Positions 19,188 to 26,582 of a stretch of DNA of 64,000 nt are shown one piece after another (the first letter of the stretch is position 1; each line of letters starts with the position of its first letter). Source of the stretch: an uncultured Prevotellaceae bacterium (GTDB lineage Bacteria > Bacteroidota > Bacteroidia > Bacteroidales > Bacteroidaceae); NCBI GenBank assembly GCA_947176535.1, contig CAMWQU010000007.1, positions 9,909 to 73,908 on the forward strand, in the 5' to 3' direction. The position numbers and the translations under genes were made by a program. The notes under the pieces were generated by a model, which saw only the letters and a list, made by a program, of their open reading frames with translations, was not told the DNA's origin and made no database searches.

Positions 19188-19820
19188 TTACCATGTTACA
19201 CCGATACGCAGGCGTGCGCCGCCGGAAAGGTCTTTTACGTCGTAGTAGCTGTCAGTTAGCGGAGTTACATCCTTGTCCCAACCCACTCCCAAATAGAAGT
19301 GGTTGATGTCGAAGTTTGCACCCAGTTGCAGACCAAAACGGCATACTTTGTCGGCAACTTCTTCTCCATAACATGCATTGAATTTAAGATGAAAGCCGAA
19401 GTAGGGAGCAATCCGAACTTTAGACTGTCCGATTCGGTAACGATAGGTAACATTTACCGGCAACTCGAAATCGGCAATCGCTCCATCATAATACTCATTG
19501 TCACACCATCCTGTTGCTAAATCTAAACCGGTTTCAATGAAGATTGGCAACTTATTTTTTGTAACGTTTCTACCGATTGTCCAACCTAAATTGAATCCCT
19601 GGAACGGATCGCTTTTCTGGCTACCTCCGTCCCATTTCGTCTTAATCTTTGTTGAAGCGTATCCTAAATAGATACGGTTATACCTGTTCTTTTCTTTTAC
19701 CTGCGTTACTTGTGTCTTTGTAGTAATGATTGTTTGATTGCTGGAGGACTTCACAATCTGTGCATTTGCGGCAGTGCCCATCAGAAAGGCAACTGCTCCA
19801 ATAAAAAGAAATCTTTTCAT
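19188..19820 (-). CDS. Small outer-membrane beta-barrel protein
   Basis: 210 aa with the signal peptide MKRFLFIGAVAFLMGTAANAQ. It shows an alternating amphipathic pattern and an aromatic C-terminus (RLRIGVTW). Confidence 0.65.
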   Translation of the reverse strand: MKRFLFIGAVAFLMGTAANAQIVKSSSNQTIITTKTQVTQVKEKNRYNRIYLGYASTKIKTKWDGGSQKSDPFQGFNLGWTIGRNVTKNKLPIFIETGLDLATGWCDNEYYDGAIADFELPVNVTYRYRIGQSKVRIAPYFGFHLKFNACYGEEVADKVCRFGLQLGANFDINHFYLGVGWDKDVTPLTDSYYDVKDLSGGARLRIGVTW

Positions 19821-19849
19821 GTTTGTTGTGTTTATTATCTGTATTTATT

Positions 19850-20347
19850 TTATTTAATCGGCTTCACTACCGGATTATTGGCACCTTCATGTCTGATGCG
19901 CATCCAGTCATAGTCTGCGGGGGTGAGGTCACGCCACTTGATAAATTTTGCAGGAAATCCTTTGATTTCCAATTTGTAGGCATCCGAACCGTCGGTCTTT
20001 ACCGGATTGGGGTTGGTAAAGAAATTATAAGTGGCTGCTACAATCATGTCGCATTTCGCATCCTTTGTCCAGCAGAATATACCATAATTATATATATTCT
20101 CCACCTTTCCTTGCAGCGCGTCCACCTCTTCTGCACTGAGGTCTTTCTCGTAGTATGTATTAGCCTCTTCTATAACCTTCACTTCCGCCACAATCGGCTT
20201 TACCAGAGGTTCCACAAGAACCTGGGGCATACGGGCCTCCGTGAACTGGTAAAGATTTTTTTGTGATGTGGTTGTTGTCGTAGTTGTTTTTTGTGCACTG
20301 GCACCGATTGTCACGAGTGTCAGCAGGATGAATGTAAACTTTCTCAT
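19850..20347 (-). CDS. Hypothetical secreted protein (165 aa)
   Basis: The internal start MRKFTFILLTLVTIGASAQ gives a clean signal peptide. The longer ORF to 20668 overlaps the HTH gene and a -7 box. A Thr7 linker follows the signal peptide. Confidence 0.6.
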   Translation of the reverse strand: MRKFTFILLTLVTIGASAQKTTTTTTTSQKNLYQFTEARMPQVLVEPLVKPIVAEVKVIEEANTYYEKDLSAEEVDALQGKVENIYNYGIFCWTKDAKCDMIVAATYNFFTNPNPVKTDGSDAYKLEIKGFPAKFIKWRDLTPADYDWMRIRHEGANNPVVKPIK

Positions 20348-20407
20348 GTCTTTAATTGTTTTATGTATAATACGGTTTTGCATTCTGCACTTGTAATTGT
20401 CACCGTG

Positions 20408-20415
20408 CAAAATTA
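20408..20415 (-). promoter_or_regulatory. -7 promoter box (TAATTTTG on the minus strand) for the 19850-20347 / 19188-19820 unit
   Basis: It matches TAnnTTTG about 60 nt upstream of the corrected ATG at 20347. Confidence 0.45.
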
Positions 20416-20492
20416 TGTAGAAAATGTTAAGAAAGTATAAAGAATGTGTCCCCGATTGGTTGGCATGTAAACCAATCGGGGACAGTGAAAAG

Positions 20493-20735
20493 CTATTCCT
20501 TATGTAACTTTTCGGAGTAGGCCCGAAAGAAATCGCAATGCAGCAGGGAGGAGATTCGGTGCAGTTGCTCCGTGTCGATGGAACTGTGGTCGTAGATTTT
20601 GTAGATGTTGCTACGACTGCATCCCAGCATCCGGGCAAAGGAGACAACGGTAATGCCTTGTCTCTCAACTTCCTGACGGATGAGGTTGCCGATGTGCAGT
20701 CGTTCCATTTCTCTTTCAGTGTCAGACGGATACAC
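20493..20735 (-). CDS. Small XRE-family helix-turn-helix protein
   Basis: The HTH segment is IGNLIRQEVERQGITVVSFARMLGCSRSNIYKIY. An alternative start, MERLH, lies at 20708. Confidence 0.75.
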   Translation of the reverse strand: MYPSDTEREMERLHIGNLIRQEVERQGITVVSFARMLGCSRSNIYKIYDHSSIDTEQLHRISSLLHCDFFRAYSEKLHKE

Positions 20736-20817
20736 GAAAAGCGTAGGGTCCCGCTCCGACCTATCTTGTATCAGGTATCGCCAAACACCCCCATAGAAAT
20801 AAGTCAGAAAGAATATA

Positions 20818-20855
20818 CCCCACGCCGTATATGCAGCTGCACGACGGCGTAGGGG
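20818..20855 (-). promoter_or_regulatory. Terminator- or attenuator-like hairpin in the long untranslated region upstream of the HTH gene
   Basis: The stem pairs CCCCACGCCGT (20818-20828) with ACGGCGT-a-GGGG (20844-20855). It is followed on the minus strand by TATATTCTTTCT. A TAACTTTG -7 box lies upstream at 20970-20977. Confidence 0.35.
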
Positions 20856-21080
20856 CCGTATGCGTACGTACTACATACAGTCGGGCGGTATCTTTCCACT
20901 TCATCCTTCTATGTGAAATTGGCGATTTCGATACAAAGGAAAGAAGCGAAGTTTACGCCTTCTATGCTGCAAAGTTACAAACTATTTGGTGGATACGCAA
21001 GGATTTCGCTTGAATATCGCTTCTTCCGGGTCGTTATCAGTCTTATACAGAACGAATAGACTGTCGGAGAGAAACAATAC

Positions 21081-21110
21081 AAAAAGCCCCAGGCCTTTGC
21101 AGACTTGGGG
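21081..21110 (-). terminator. Probable terminator of the PrsW-family gene
   Basis: A short GC stem (GCCCC... / ...GGGG) is followed on the minus strand by CTTTTT. Confidence 0.45.
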
Positions 21111-21147
21111 ACGAATCATGAGATAGTAGTGAATAGTGCTCTTTGGC

Positions 21148-21846
21148 TTACTGCAAATCTTTGTCAATTAGAGCCATGACTTTTTTCCTTGCTTTTTTGT
21201 GCATCTTCACGCAGAACCAAATCAGGATAAAGAAGCTAAGTCCGCCGATGTAGGGATTGACAGCACCGCTAAAGGCGATGGCATCGTAAATGCCGTGCGC
21301 CACAACCGGAGCCAGCAGAATGCAGGCAGCAACTTTTGGGGAGCGATCAACGAAGTGATAGACAGAATAGTAATAGCCCATCAGCACCGCGAAAGCATAG
21401 TGCCCGGGCACTGACAGTAAGGCGCGGAGGATGGCGACTGATAGCCAATCCTCATCGCCCAACACGTAGGCGATGTTCTCCAATGCCGCGAAACCCAACC
21501 CGACACTGACGGCATAGACGATGCCGTCAAAGTGTTCGTCGAAGTAGGGATTCTTGCGCAGAACGAACCACAATACAAGGAGTTTGAAAGCCTCTTCCGG
21601 CACTGCCGCTACGGTAAAAGCCTCGATGGTTGCACCGAAGAGCGTTGAAGGGTCGAGACCCGCATCGAGAAGGAGGGTATGGATAAGCTCTTCCAGCAAG
21701 GCAACGGGAAGACATATCGCCATGCCCCATAGTACGGCCCTGACCAGTTGGGGCGTCGGTTCCGGCTGCGGGTCTTTCTTATAGATGTATGACAGAAGCA
21801 GCATGACGGGAAGAAGGGCTGCCGTGAGAATTATCAAAGTGTTCAT
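21148..21846 (-). CDS. PrsW-family intramembrane protease
   Basis: 232 aa polytopic protein. The N-terminus is LLLSYIYKKDPQPEP, with a conserved EE..FKL and the HGIYD motif typical of PrsW. Confidence 0.82.
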   Translation of the reverse strand: MNTLIILTAALLPVMLLLSYIYKKDPQPEPTPQLVRAVLWGMAICLPVALLEELIHTLLLDAGLDPSTLFGATIEAFTVAAVPEEAFKLLVLWFVLRKNPYFDEHFDGIVYAVSVGLGFAALENIAYVLGDEDWLSVAILRALLSVPGHYAFAVLMGYYYSVYHFVDRSPKVAACILLAPVVAHGIYDAIAFSGAVNPYIGGLSFFILIWFCVKMHKKARKKVMALIDKDLQ

Positions 21847-22126
21847 TTCTTCAGTGAATTAAAAGTTAATTTCTTCGCTATAAAGGTACAAAATATATTG
21901 CAAAGACAAGTATTTCCCGCTTGCTTTTTAGAAAAGAATTGCTCTGTTGTCGGGCTTTTCCACTTATATTGGGCGTAATGGATGGAAATCGGTGGGCTGT
22001 TGGGATAGGTAGCGTTGTGAGGGGCTGCTGTTAGAATCGTTTATTCTTTGGGGTGGGGGAATGTCGGTTTTCGTCGGAATCGGCCCGTATGATTCTGTAC
22101 TTGCGGCGACGGGTAGGGCAGGATTA

Positions 22127-22196
22127 GTTTATTCAGAGGTGAGCGAATGATTATTCGGTCGCCTCCGGTTAATTATTCGCTCACCTCTGAATAAAC
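22127..22196. repeat. Palindromic element, repeat family 2 (three 22-bp TTATTC-N10 units)
   Basis: Perfect 22-bp arms are GTTTATTCAGAGGTGAGCGAAT (22127-22148) and ATTCGCTCACCTCTGAATAAAC (22175-22196). The 26-nt centre, GATTATTCGGTCGCCTCCGGTTAATT, recurs in the arms of the element at 61818-61899. Confidence 0.8.
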
Positions 22197-22250
22197 AAGT
22201 CGTCCGGTTGCCTTATACGAAGCGGGCGGGCATACGGAGGAAAAGAACAC

Positions 22251-22284
22251 AAAAAAGCCCCCAAGTCTATGAGGGCTCGGGGGC
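22251..22284 (-). terminator. Terminator of the ara operon (after araB)
   Basis: On the minus strand GCCCCCGAG pairs with CTTGGGGGC (one G:U) and is followed by TTTTTTGTGTT. Confidence 0.7.
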
Positions 22285-22344
22285 GGGAATAGGATGGCGT
22301 CGCACTTCGTCACCGGACGGCGCAGTGCGACATCTGGATGTCAG

Positions 22345-23934
22345 TTACTTACATTCCGTAGCTTTCAGCTCCACGGGGAGGCAACGCTTGTAGTTCTCGA
22401 TGTAGCGGTTGAATCCGGCCACGTCTTCCGGGGTGGGGCGCACTTCTACGCCGGTATTCTCGGAGAAGACAACCTGGTCGAGGTAGTCGGCAAGGCTGAG
22501 TTTGTCCGGATTGTTCACGGCATAGGCAGCCAGCAGGGCGATACCCCATGCGCCGCCTTCGCCCGCCGTAGACATGACGGAGATGGGGGAGTTGAGCGCG
22601 GCAGCCAGCATACGCTGACCCACCTGCGGAGTGGTGAAGTAGCCGCCGTGGCCCATGATGCGATCGACGCGGATGCGCTCTTCGTTGAAGAGAATGTCGT
22701 TACCCAGTTTCAGCACGCCGATGGCTCCATAGAGATGGGCGCGCATGAAGTTGGCTAAGTTGAACTTGTCGGTAGCCGAACGCACGAAGAGGGGACGGCC
22801 GTCCATGAGTCCGGCCACGGGTTCGCCCGAGAAATAGTTGTAGGAGATGATGCCGCCGCAGTCGGGGTCGCCGTTGGCTGCGACGTTGAACAGCGTGCCG
22901 TAGAGTTCGTCGGCACTCTGCTTCACGCCCAGCAACTGCTGGTAGTCCTTGAAGATGTTCACCCATGCGTTGATGTCGCTGGTGCAGTTGTTGCAGTGTA
23001 CCATAGCCACGAGTGAACCGTCGGGGGTGGTGACCATGTCAATCATCTCGTAGGGCTTGGAGAGTTCCTTCTCCAGTACAATCATGGAGAAAGAGGACGT
23101 GCCGGCGGAGACGTTACCCGTGCGCTGGCGTACAGCGTTGGTGGCTACCATGCCGGTGCCGGCGTCGCCTTCGGGAGGACATACCGGAATGCCGGGCTTC
23201 AGATGGCCGCTGACGTCGAGTTTCTGGGCACCTTCGGGGCTGAGGAAACCGGCATTCTCGCCGGCGTTCAGCGAGCGGGGCAGGATGTCGAGCAACTTCC
23301 ACGGCAGGTTCTGGGGAGCGATGAGCTCATCGAACTTGCGTACCATTCCGGCGTCGTAGGTCTTGGTGTTGGGATCGACGGGAATCATGCCGGAGGCGTC
23401 GCCTACGCCCAGTACGAACTGTCCGGTCACCTGCCAGTGGACGTAACCTGCCAGTGTGGTCAGGTACTTGATGGCGGGAACGTGCTCCTCGTTGTCGAGA
23501 ATGGCCTCGTAGAGGTGGCTGATGCTCCAGCGCAGAGGGATGTTGTAGTTAAATAGTTCCGACAGCGCGGCAGCGGCGCGGCTCGTGTTGGTGTTGCGCC
23601 ACGTGCGGAAGGGCACGAGAATCTCCTGCCGCTCGTTGAAGGCCATGTAGCCGTGCATCATGGCGGAGAAGCCGATGGCGGCCAGTGTCTCGATTTCGCA
23701 GTCGTATTGCTTCAGCACGTTCTTGCGCAGGTCGGCGTAGCAGTCCTGCAGACCGTACCAGATGGCCTCGGTGCTGTACGTCCACAATCCGTCCACCAGT
23801 TGGTTTTCCCACGTGTGGCTACCCTGTGCGATGGGCTTGTTCTCGGGGTCGATGAGAACGGCCTTGATGCGGGTGGAGCCGAACTCGATACCGAGAATGG
23901 CTTTGCCCGATTCTATAACTTGTTTTGCTGTCAT
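22345..23934 (-). CDS. araB: FGGY-family sugar kinase, predicted L-ribulokinase
   Basis: 529 aa. The FGGY N-terminus is [16 protein letters not shown]. It is the last gene of a cluster with araA and araD. Confidence 0.82.
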   Translation of the reverse strand: MTAKQVIESGKAILGIEFGSTRIKAVLIDPENKPIAQGSHTWENQLVDGLWTYSTEAIWYGLQDCYADLRKNVLKQYDCEIETLAAIGFSAMMHGYMAFNERQEILVPFRTWRNTNTSRAAAALSELFNYNIPLRWSISHLYEAILDNEEHVPAIKYLTTLAGYVHWQVTGQFVLGVGDASGMIPVDPNTKTYDAGMVRKFDELIAPQNLPWKLLDILPRSLNAGENAGFLSPEGAQKLDVSGHLKPGIPVCPPEGDAGTGMVATNAVRQRTGNVSAGTSSFSMIVLEKELSKPYEMIDMVTTPDGSLVAMVHCNNCTSDINAWVNIFKDYQQLLGVKQSADELYGTLFNVAANGDPDCGGIISYNYFSGEPVAGLMDGRPLFVRSATDKFNLANFMRAHLYGAIGVLKLGNDILFNEERIRVDRIMGHGGYFTTPQVGQRMLAAALNSPISVMSTAGEGGAWGIALLAAYAVNNPDKLSLADYLDQVVFSENTGVEVRPTPEDVAGFNRYIENYKRCLPVELKATECK

Positions 23935-23969
23935 AGGATAAAGTTTTAGTTAATATGGATTTCAGTTAG

Positions 23970-26498
23970 TTAGTATTTCACTTTCTTGCCGCCTACGATG
24001 TAGAGGCCCTTTTGACGGGCGGCTTTCTCCGGAACTATTCTTCCGCTGATGTCGTAGACGGTGCTGTTGGCTCTGTTGGGCGACTCTGCATTCGTGATGC
24101 TTTCGATGTCTGTGTTTTTGTTATCGCCCAAGCGGAACAGTTTGACGCCATGGCTGGGTACGACAGTGCGGAGGGTGCCGGTGACTGTTCCGAGGTCTTC
24201 TTTGGCCCAGATGTCGTAGACGGGTACTGCCTCGTCGGAGTCGGCGGCATAGCCCAGAAGCGTGAGGTCGAAATCATAGGATTGCTCCTTGGTGACGTAG
24301 AAGATGAACTCCATGGTGGTTCCGGTGCTGCCGGTGTTGTCGCTGTCGCACGACGAATCGTAGCCGCAGAGGGCACGGAAAGTCTTGTAGTTGTGCCCCT
24401 GAGGCAGGTCGTAGATGAGGGTGCACTGGGCGTTCATGCCGAGGCCCGTGGTGTATGTCTTGCCTTCCACGCGCAGGGTGTTTCCCTCCACATTCTTGTT
24501 GATGTGCAGCGTTCCCCATTCCGTGGTGTAGGACGTGTGTTTCAGGGTGGTTAGCGAGGTCTCGTTGCCGTCGGCGTCTATCAGTACGGGATTGATGAGG
24601 TCGGCACGGTCGTAGGCAAAGCCGTCGCCCCAGTTGCTGACAACGATTTTCAGTTGTGTGGCCTTCTCGACGTTGGCTTCCAGAGTTTTCGATTTTGTTC
24701 CCGTGCGGCTGATAAGGCCTGAACGTGCATCGGCATTGTCCTGCTCGTCGGTAAGTGGGTTCTGGGCAAATACCATGAAGCGGATGCTTGTGGTGGCACC
24801 CGTCTGGCCGATGCCGGAATCGTCGGCGGCAGCCATGGCGCGGAAGCGTGCGACGTCCATGTCATCGGGTATGCGGAAGAAGATGGCGGCGTTGGCGTCG
24901 GTCGAGAAACCGCGGTCGTAGGTCTGTCCGAGCACCTGCATCTTGCCGCCGTGCTCGACGTTCTGATTCTCGCGCACACGGTTGAAGTAGCTTTTGGTGT
25001 ATTGACGGGTCTTGTAGGTGCCGGTGAGAGGCACTTCGGTGCCGTCGCGCAGAATGAGGGTGGGATTTATCCAGTCTCCGTGGTCGTAGTTGTAATTGTC
25101 GCCTCCGTCGTCTACAACGAGCACCAGCGTTTTTTCGCCTTCGGCCCATTCGATGTCCACGTCTACGGCGTGCCCGTCAGTCGTGTACGCTACGACTTCG
25201 GAGGTGTACAGGGCGTTACGGCCGACTATCCAACGGGTGTTGTCGCGCTGGAAAAGGGCCAGATAGCGGTTGCCCGTTTCGGGGTCGGTGCTTGTCCAGG
25301 CTACGCGGCCGAGGTCTTCGTCGGTGCTCACCTGGTGGGCGTTGATGCCGTATTTGTGCATCCGGTGATACTCTTCGTTGTTGAGCAGCGATAGGGTGAA
25401 AGCGTCATTCTTGGTCATCTCTCCACCAAAGAACAGGGGAGAGTGGCAGATGCCCCAAAGGGTCATCATGGTAAGTTGTTCGTCTTGTGTGAGATTGGTC
25501 CAGCGGCCCTTGTCGGCAGCCGTGTAGCCGTTGTCGCCGATGGTCATGGCAATCTGTCCGAGGGGCAGCATGTCGCAGTCGGCATAGTTGCCCGGCCGCG
25601 CATATTGGCTCCATACGTTGGCCTCGTTGAATACGGCATCCACGGCACTCCAGTTGTCCCAAAGGTCGTCCATCATGCGCCACATGTTGGCGTTTTCGAG
25701 ACACTCCTGCGCATATTGGTATTGTGTCTTCCCCGGTGAGAGGGAGAGTACCATGGGGCGTCCCGTCTGGTCGATGGCGCGACGAATCATGTGTATTTCG
25801 TCCGTGTAGAAGGGACGGCTGAGGTCGTCAATCTTCAGAAAGTCCACACCCCACTCGGCATAGAGGCCCATGATGGAATTGTAGTAGAGTTGTCCTGCTT
25901 CGTTGTTGCGCACAAGCAGGTTGTCTTTGAGCCATGTGCATGGCGATGCGGTTCCGTTGTAGACCTCCGTCCAGGGTCTTCCTTCGCCGCCTTTCAGTTT
26001 GTAGTTGCTGCCTACAACGCTCTTAGGCACACCGCGCATGAGGTGGATGCCCAGTTTGAGGCCCATGGCATGCAGTTTCTCAGCCAGAGGCTTGAAGCCG
26101 ACGTTCTTGCCGTCTACCATGCACGAGGGGAAGCGTGAGGGCGAGGGCAAGTAACGGCCGTATTCGTCGAGCACGTAATCCTGGTCTCCGCGTTGGTTGT
26201 AGTTGCCTCCGCCTAATGAGGGATGATTGCAATACCAGCGTATATCGACAACTACATATTCCCAACCATGGCGTACAAGGTCGTTGTCCACCAGATACTG
26301 AGCGTTCTGCAGCACTTCCTTCTCCGTAACGGAGGAGTAATAGCAGTCCCATGAGTTCCAACCCATGGGTGGTGTCATGGCCCAGGTACGGAACGTCTCA
26401 ATCTCACTGTCGTTGTTCTGGGCTTGTGTTTGTACGGCTGACAGAGAAAGGCAAAACAATGTTAGGGCTGTGCGGATGAATGATTGCTTGATAGTCAT
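23970..26498 (-). CDS. GH27-family glycosidase with two NPCBM-like modules and a T9SS-type C-terminal sorting domain
   Basis: It has a signal peptide. The GH27 signature is PPMGWNSWDCY, with FLKIDDLS and MWRMMDDLWDNW. The NPCBM-like segments are VLGQTYDRGFSTDANAAIFF and VEGKTYTTGLGMNAQCTLIYDL. The C-terminus VYDISGRIVPEKAARQKGLYIVGGKKVKY resembles a Por/T9SS CTD. Confidence 0.82.
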   Translation of the reverse strand: MTIKQSFIRTALTLFCLSLSAVQTQAQNNDSEIETFRTWAMTPPMGWNSWDCYYSSVTEKEVLQNAQYLVDNDLVRHGWEYVVVDIRWYCNHPSLGGGNYNQRGDQDYVLDEYGRYLPSPSRFPSCMVDGKNVGFKPLAEKLHAMGLKLGIHLMRGVPKSVVGSNYKLKGGEGRPWTEVYNGTASPCTWLKDNLLVRNNEAGQLYYNSIMGLYAEWGVDFLKIDDLSRPFYTDEIHMIRRAIDQTGRPMVLSLSPGKTQYQYAQECLENANMWRMMDDLWDNWSAVDAVFNEANVWSQYARPGNYADCDMLPLGQIAMTIGDNGYTAADKGRWTNLTQDEQLTMMTLWGICHSPLFFGGEMTKNDAFTLSLLNNEEYHRMHKYGINAHQVSTDEDLGRVAWTSTDPETGNRYLALFQRDNTRWIVGRNALYTSEVVAYTTDGHAVDVDIEWAEGEKTLVLVVDDGGDNYNYDHGDWINPTLILRDGTEVPLTGTYKTRQYTKSYFNRVRENQNVEHGGKMQVLGQTYDRGFSTDANAAIFFRIPDDMDVARFRAMAAADDSGIGQTGATTSIRFMVFAQNPLTDEQDNADARSGLISRTGTKSKTLEANVEKATQLKIVVSNWGDGFAYDRADLINPVLIDADGNETSLTTLKHTSYTTEWGTLHINKNVEGNTLRVEGKTYTTGLGMNAQCTLIYDLPQGHNYKTFRALCGYDSSCDSDNTGSTGTTMEFIFYVTKEQSYDFDLTLLGYAADSDEAVPVYDIWAKEDLGTVTGTLRTVVPSHGVKLFRLGDNKNTDIESITNAESPNRANSTVYDISGRIVPEKAARQKGLYIVGGKKVKY

Positions 26499-26512
26499 GA
26501 TGGGTAAAAGTA

Positions 26513-26569
26513 TTAAAAAAGTTGAAAGTTAAAAGCCACTCATCATAGGGTAGCTTTCAACTTTCAACT
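26513..26569 (-). terminator. Intra-operon hairpin plus U-tract between araA and the GH27 gene
   Basis: A 17-bp stem with one mismatch pairs 26520-26536 with 26553-26569. The loop is 16 nt. It is followed on the minus strand by TTTTTTAATA. Confidence 0.65.
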
Positions 26570-26582
26570 ATCCGTGTTTAAC

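Noticed and set aside
19850-20668. Several ORFs have long N-terminal extensions in the ORF track: 19850-20668, 38063-39652, 47991-50612, 59417-61813, 38069-38575, 56880-57770, 58653-59435 and 35562-36149.
   Set aside because: In each case an internal start gives a clean signal peptide or a canonical family N-terminus. The extension overlaps a neighbouring gene or a TAnnTTTG promoter box. Shorter coordinates are used in the feature list.
20831-21167. Two short ORFs, 20831-21013 (+) and 20982-21167 (-), lie in the HTH-PrsW intergenic region.
   Set aside because: They have no recognisable motifs and overlap the PrsW 3' end, its terminator and the hairpin-rich region. That region is better explained as untranslated RNA; see the finding at 20818-20977.
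21847-22126. A 280-bp ORF-free stretch upstream of PrsW might be a gene remnant or further degenerate TTATTC units, for example GTTTATTC at 22040.
   Set aside because: It contains only isolated hexamer matches, without the 10-nt cores or the 22-bp phasing. There is no frame-consistent similarity to any protein family I recognise.
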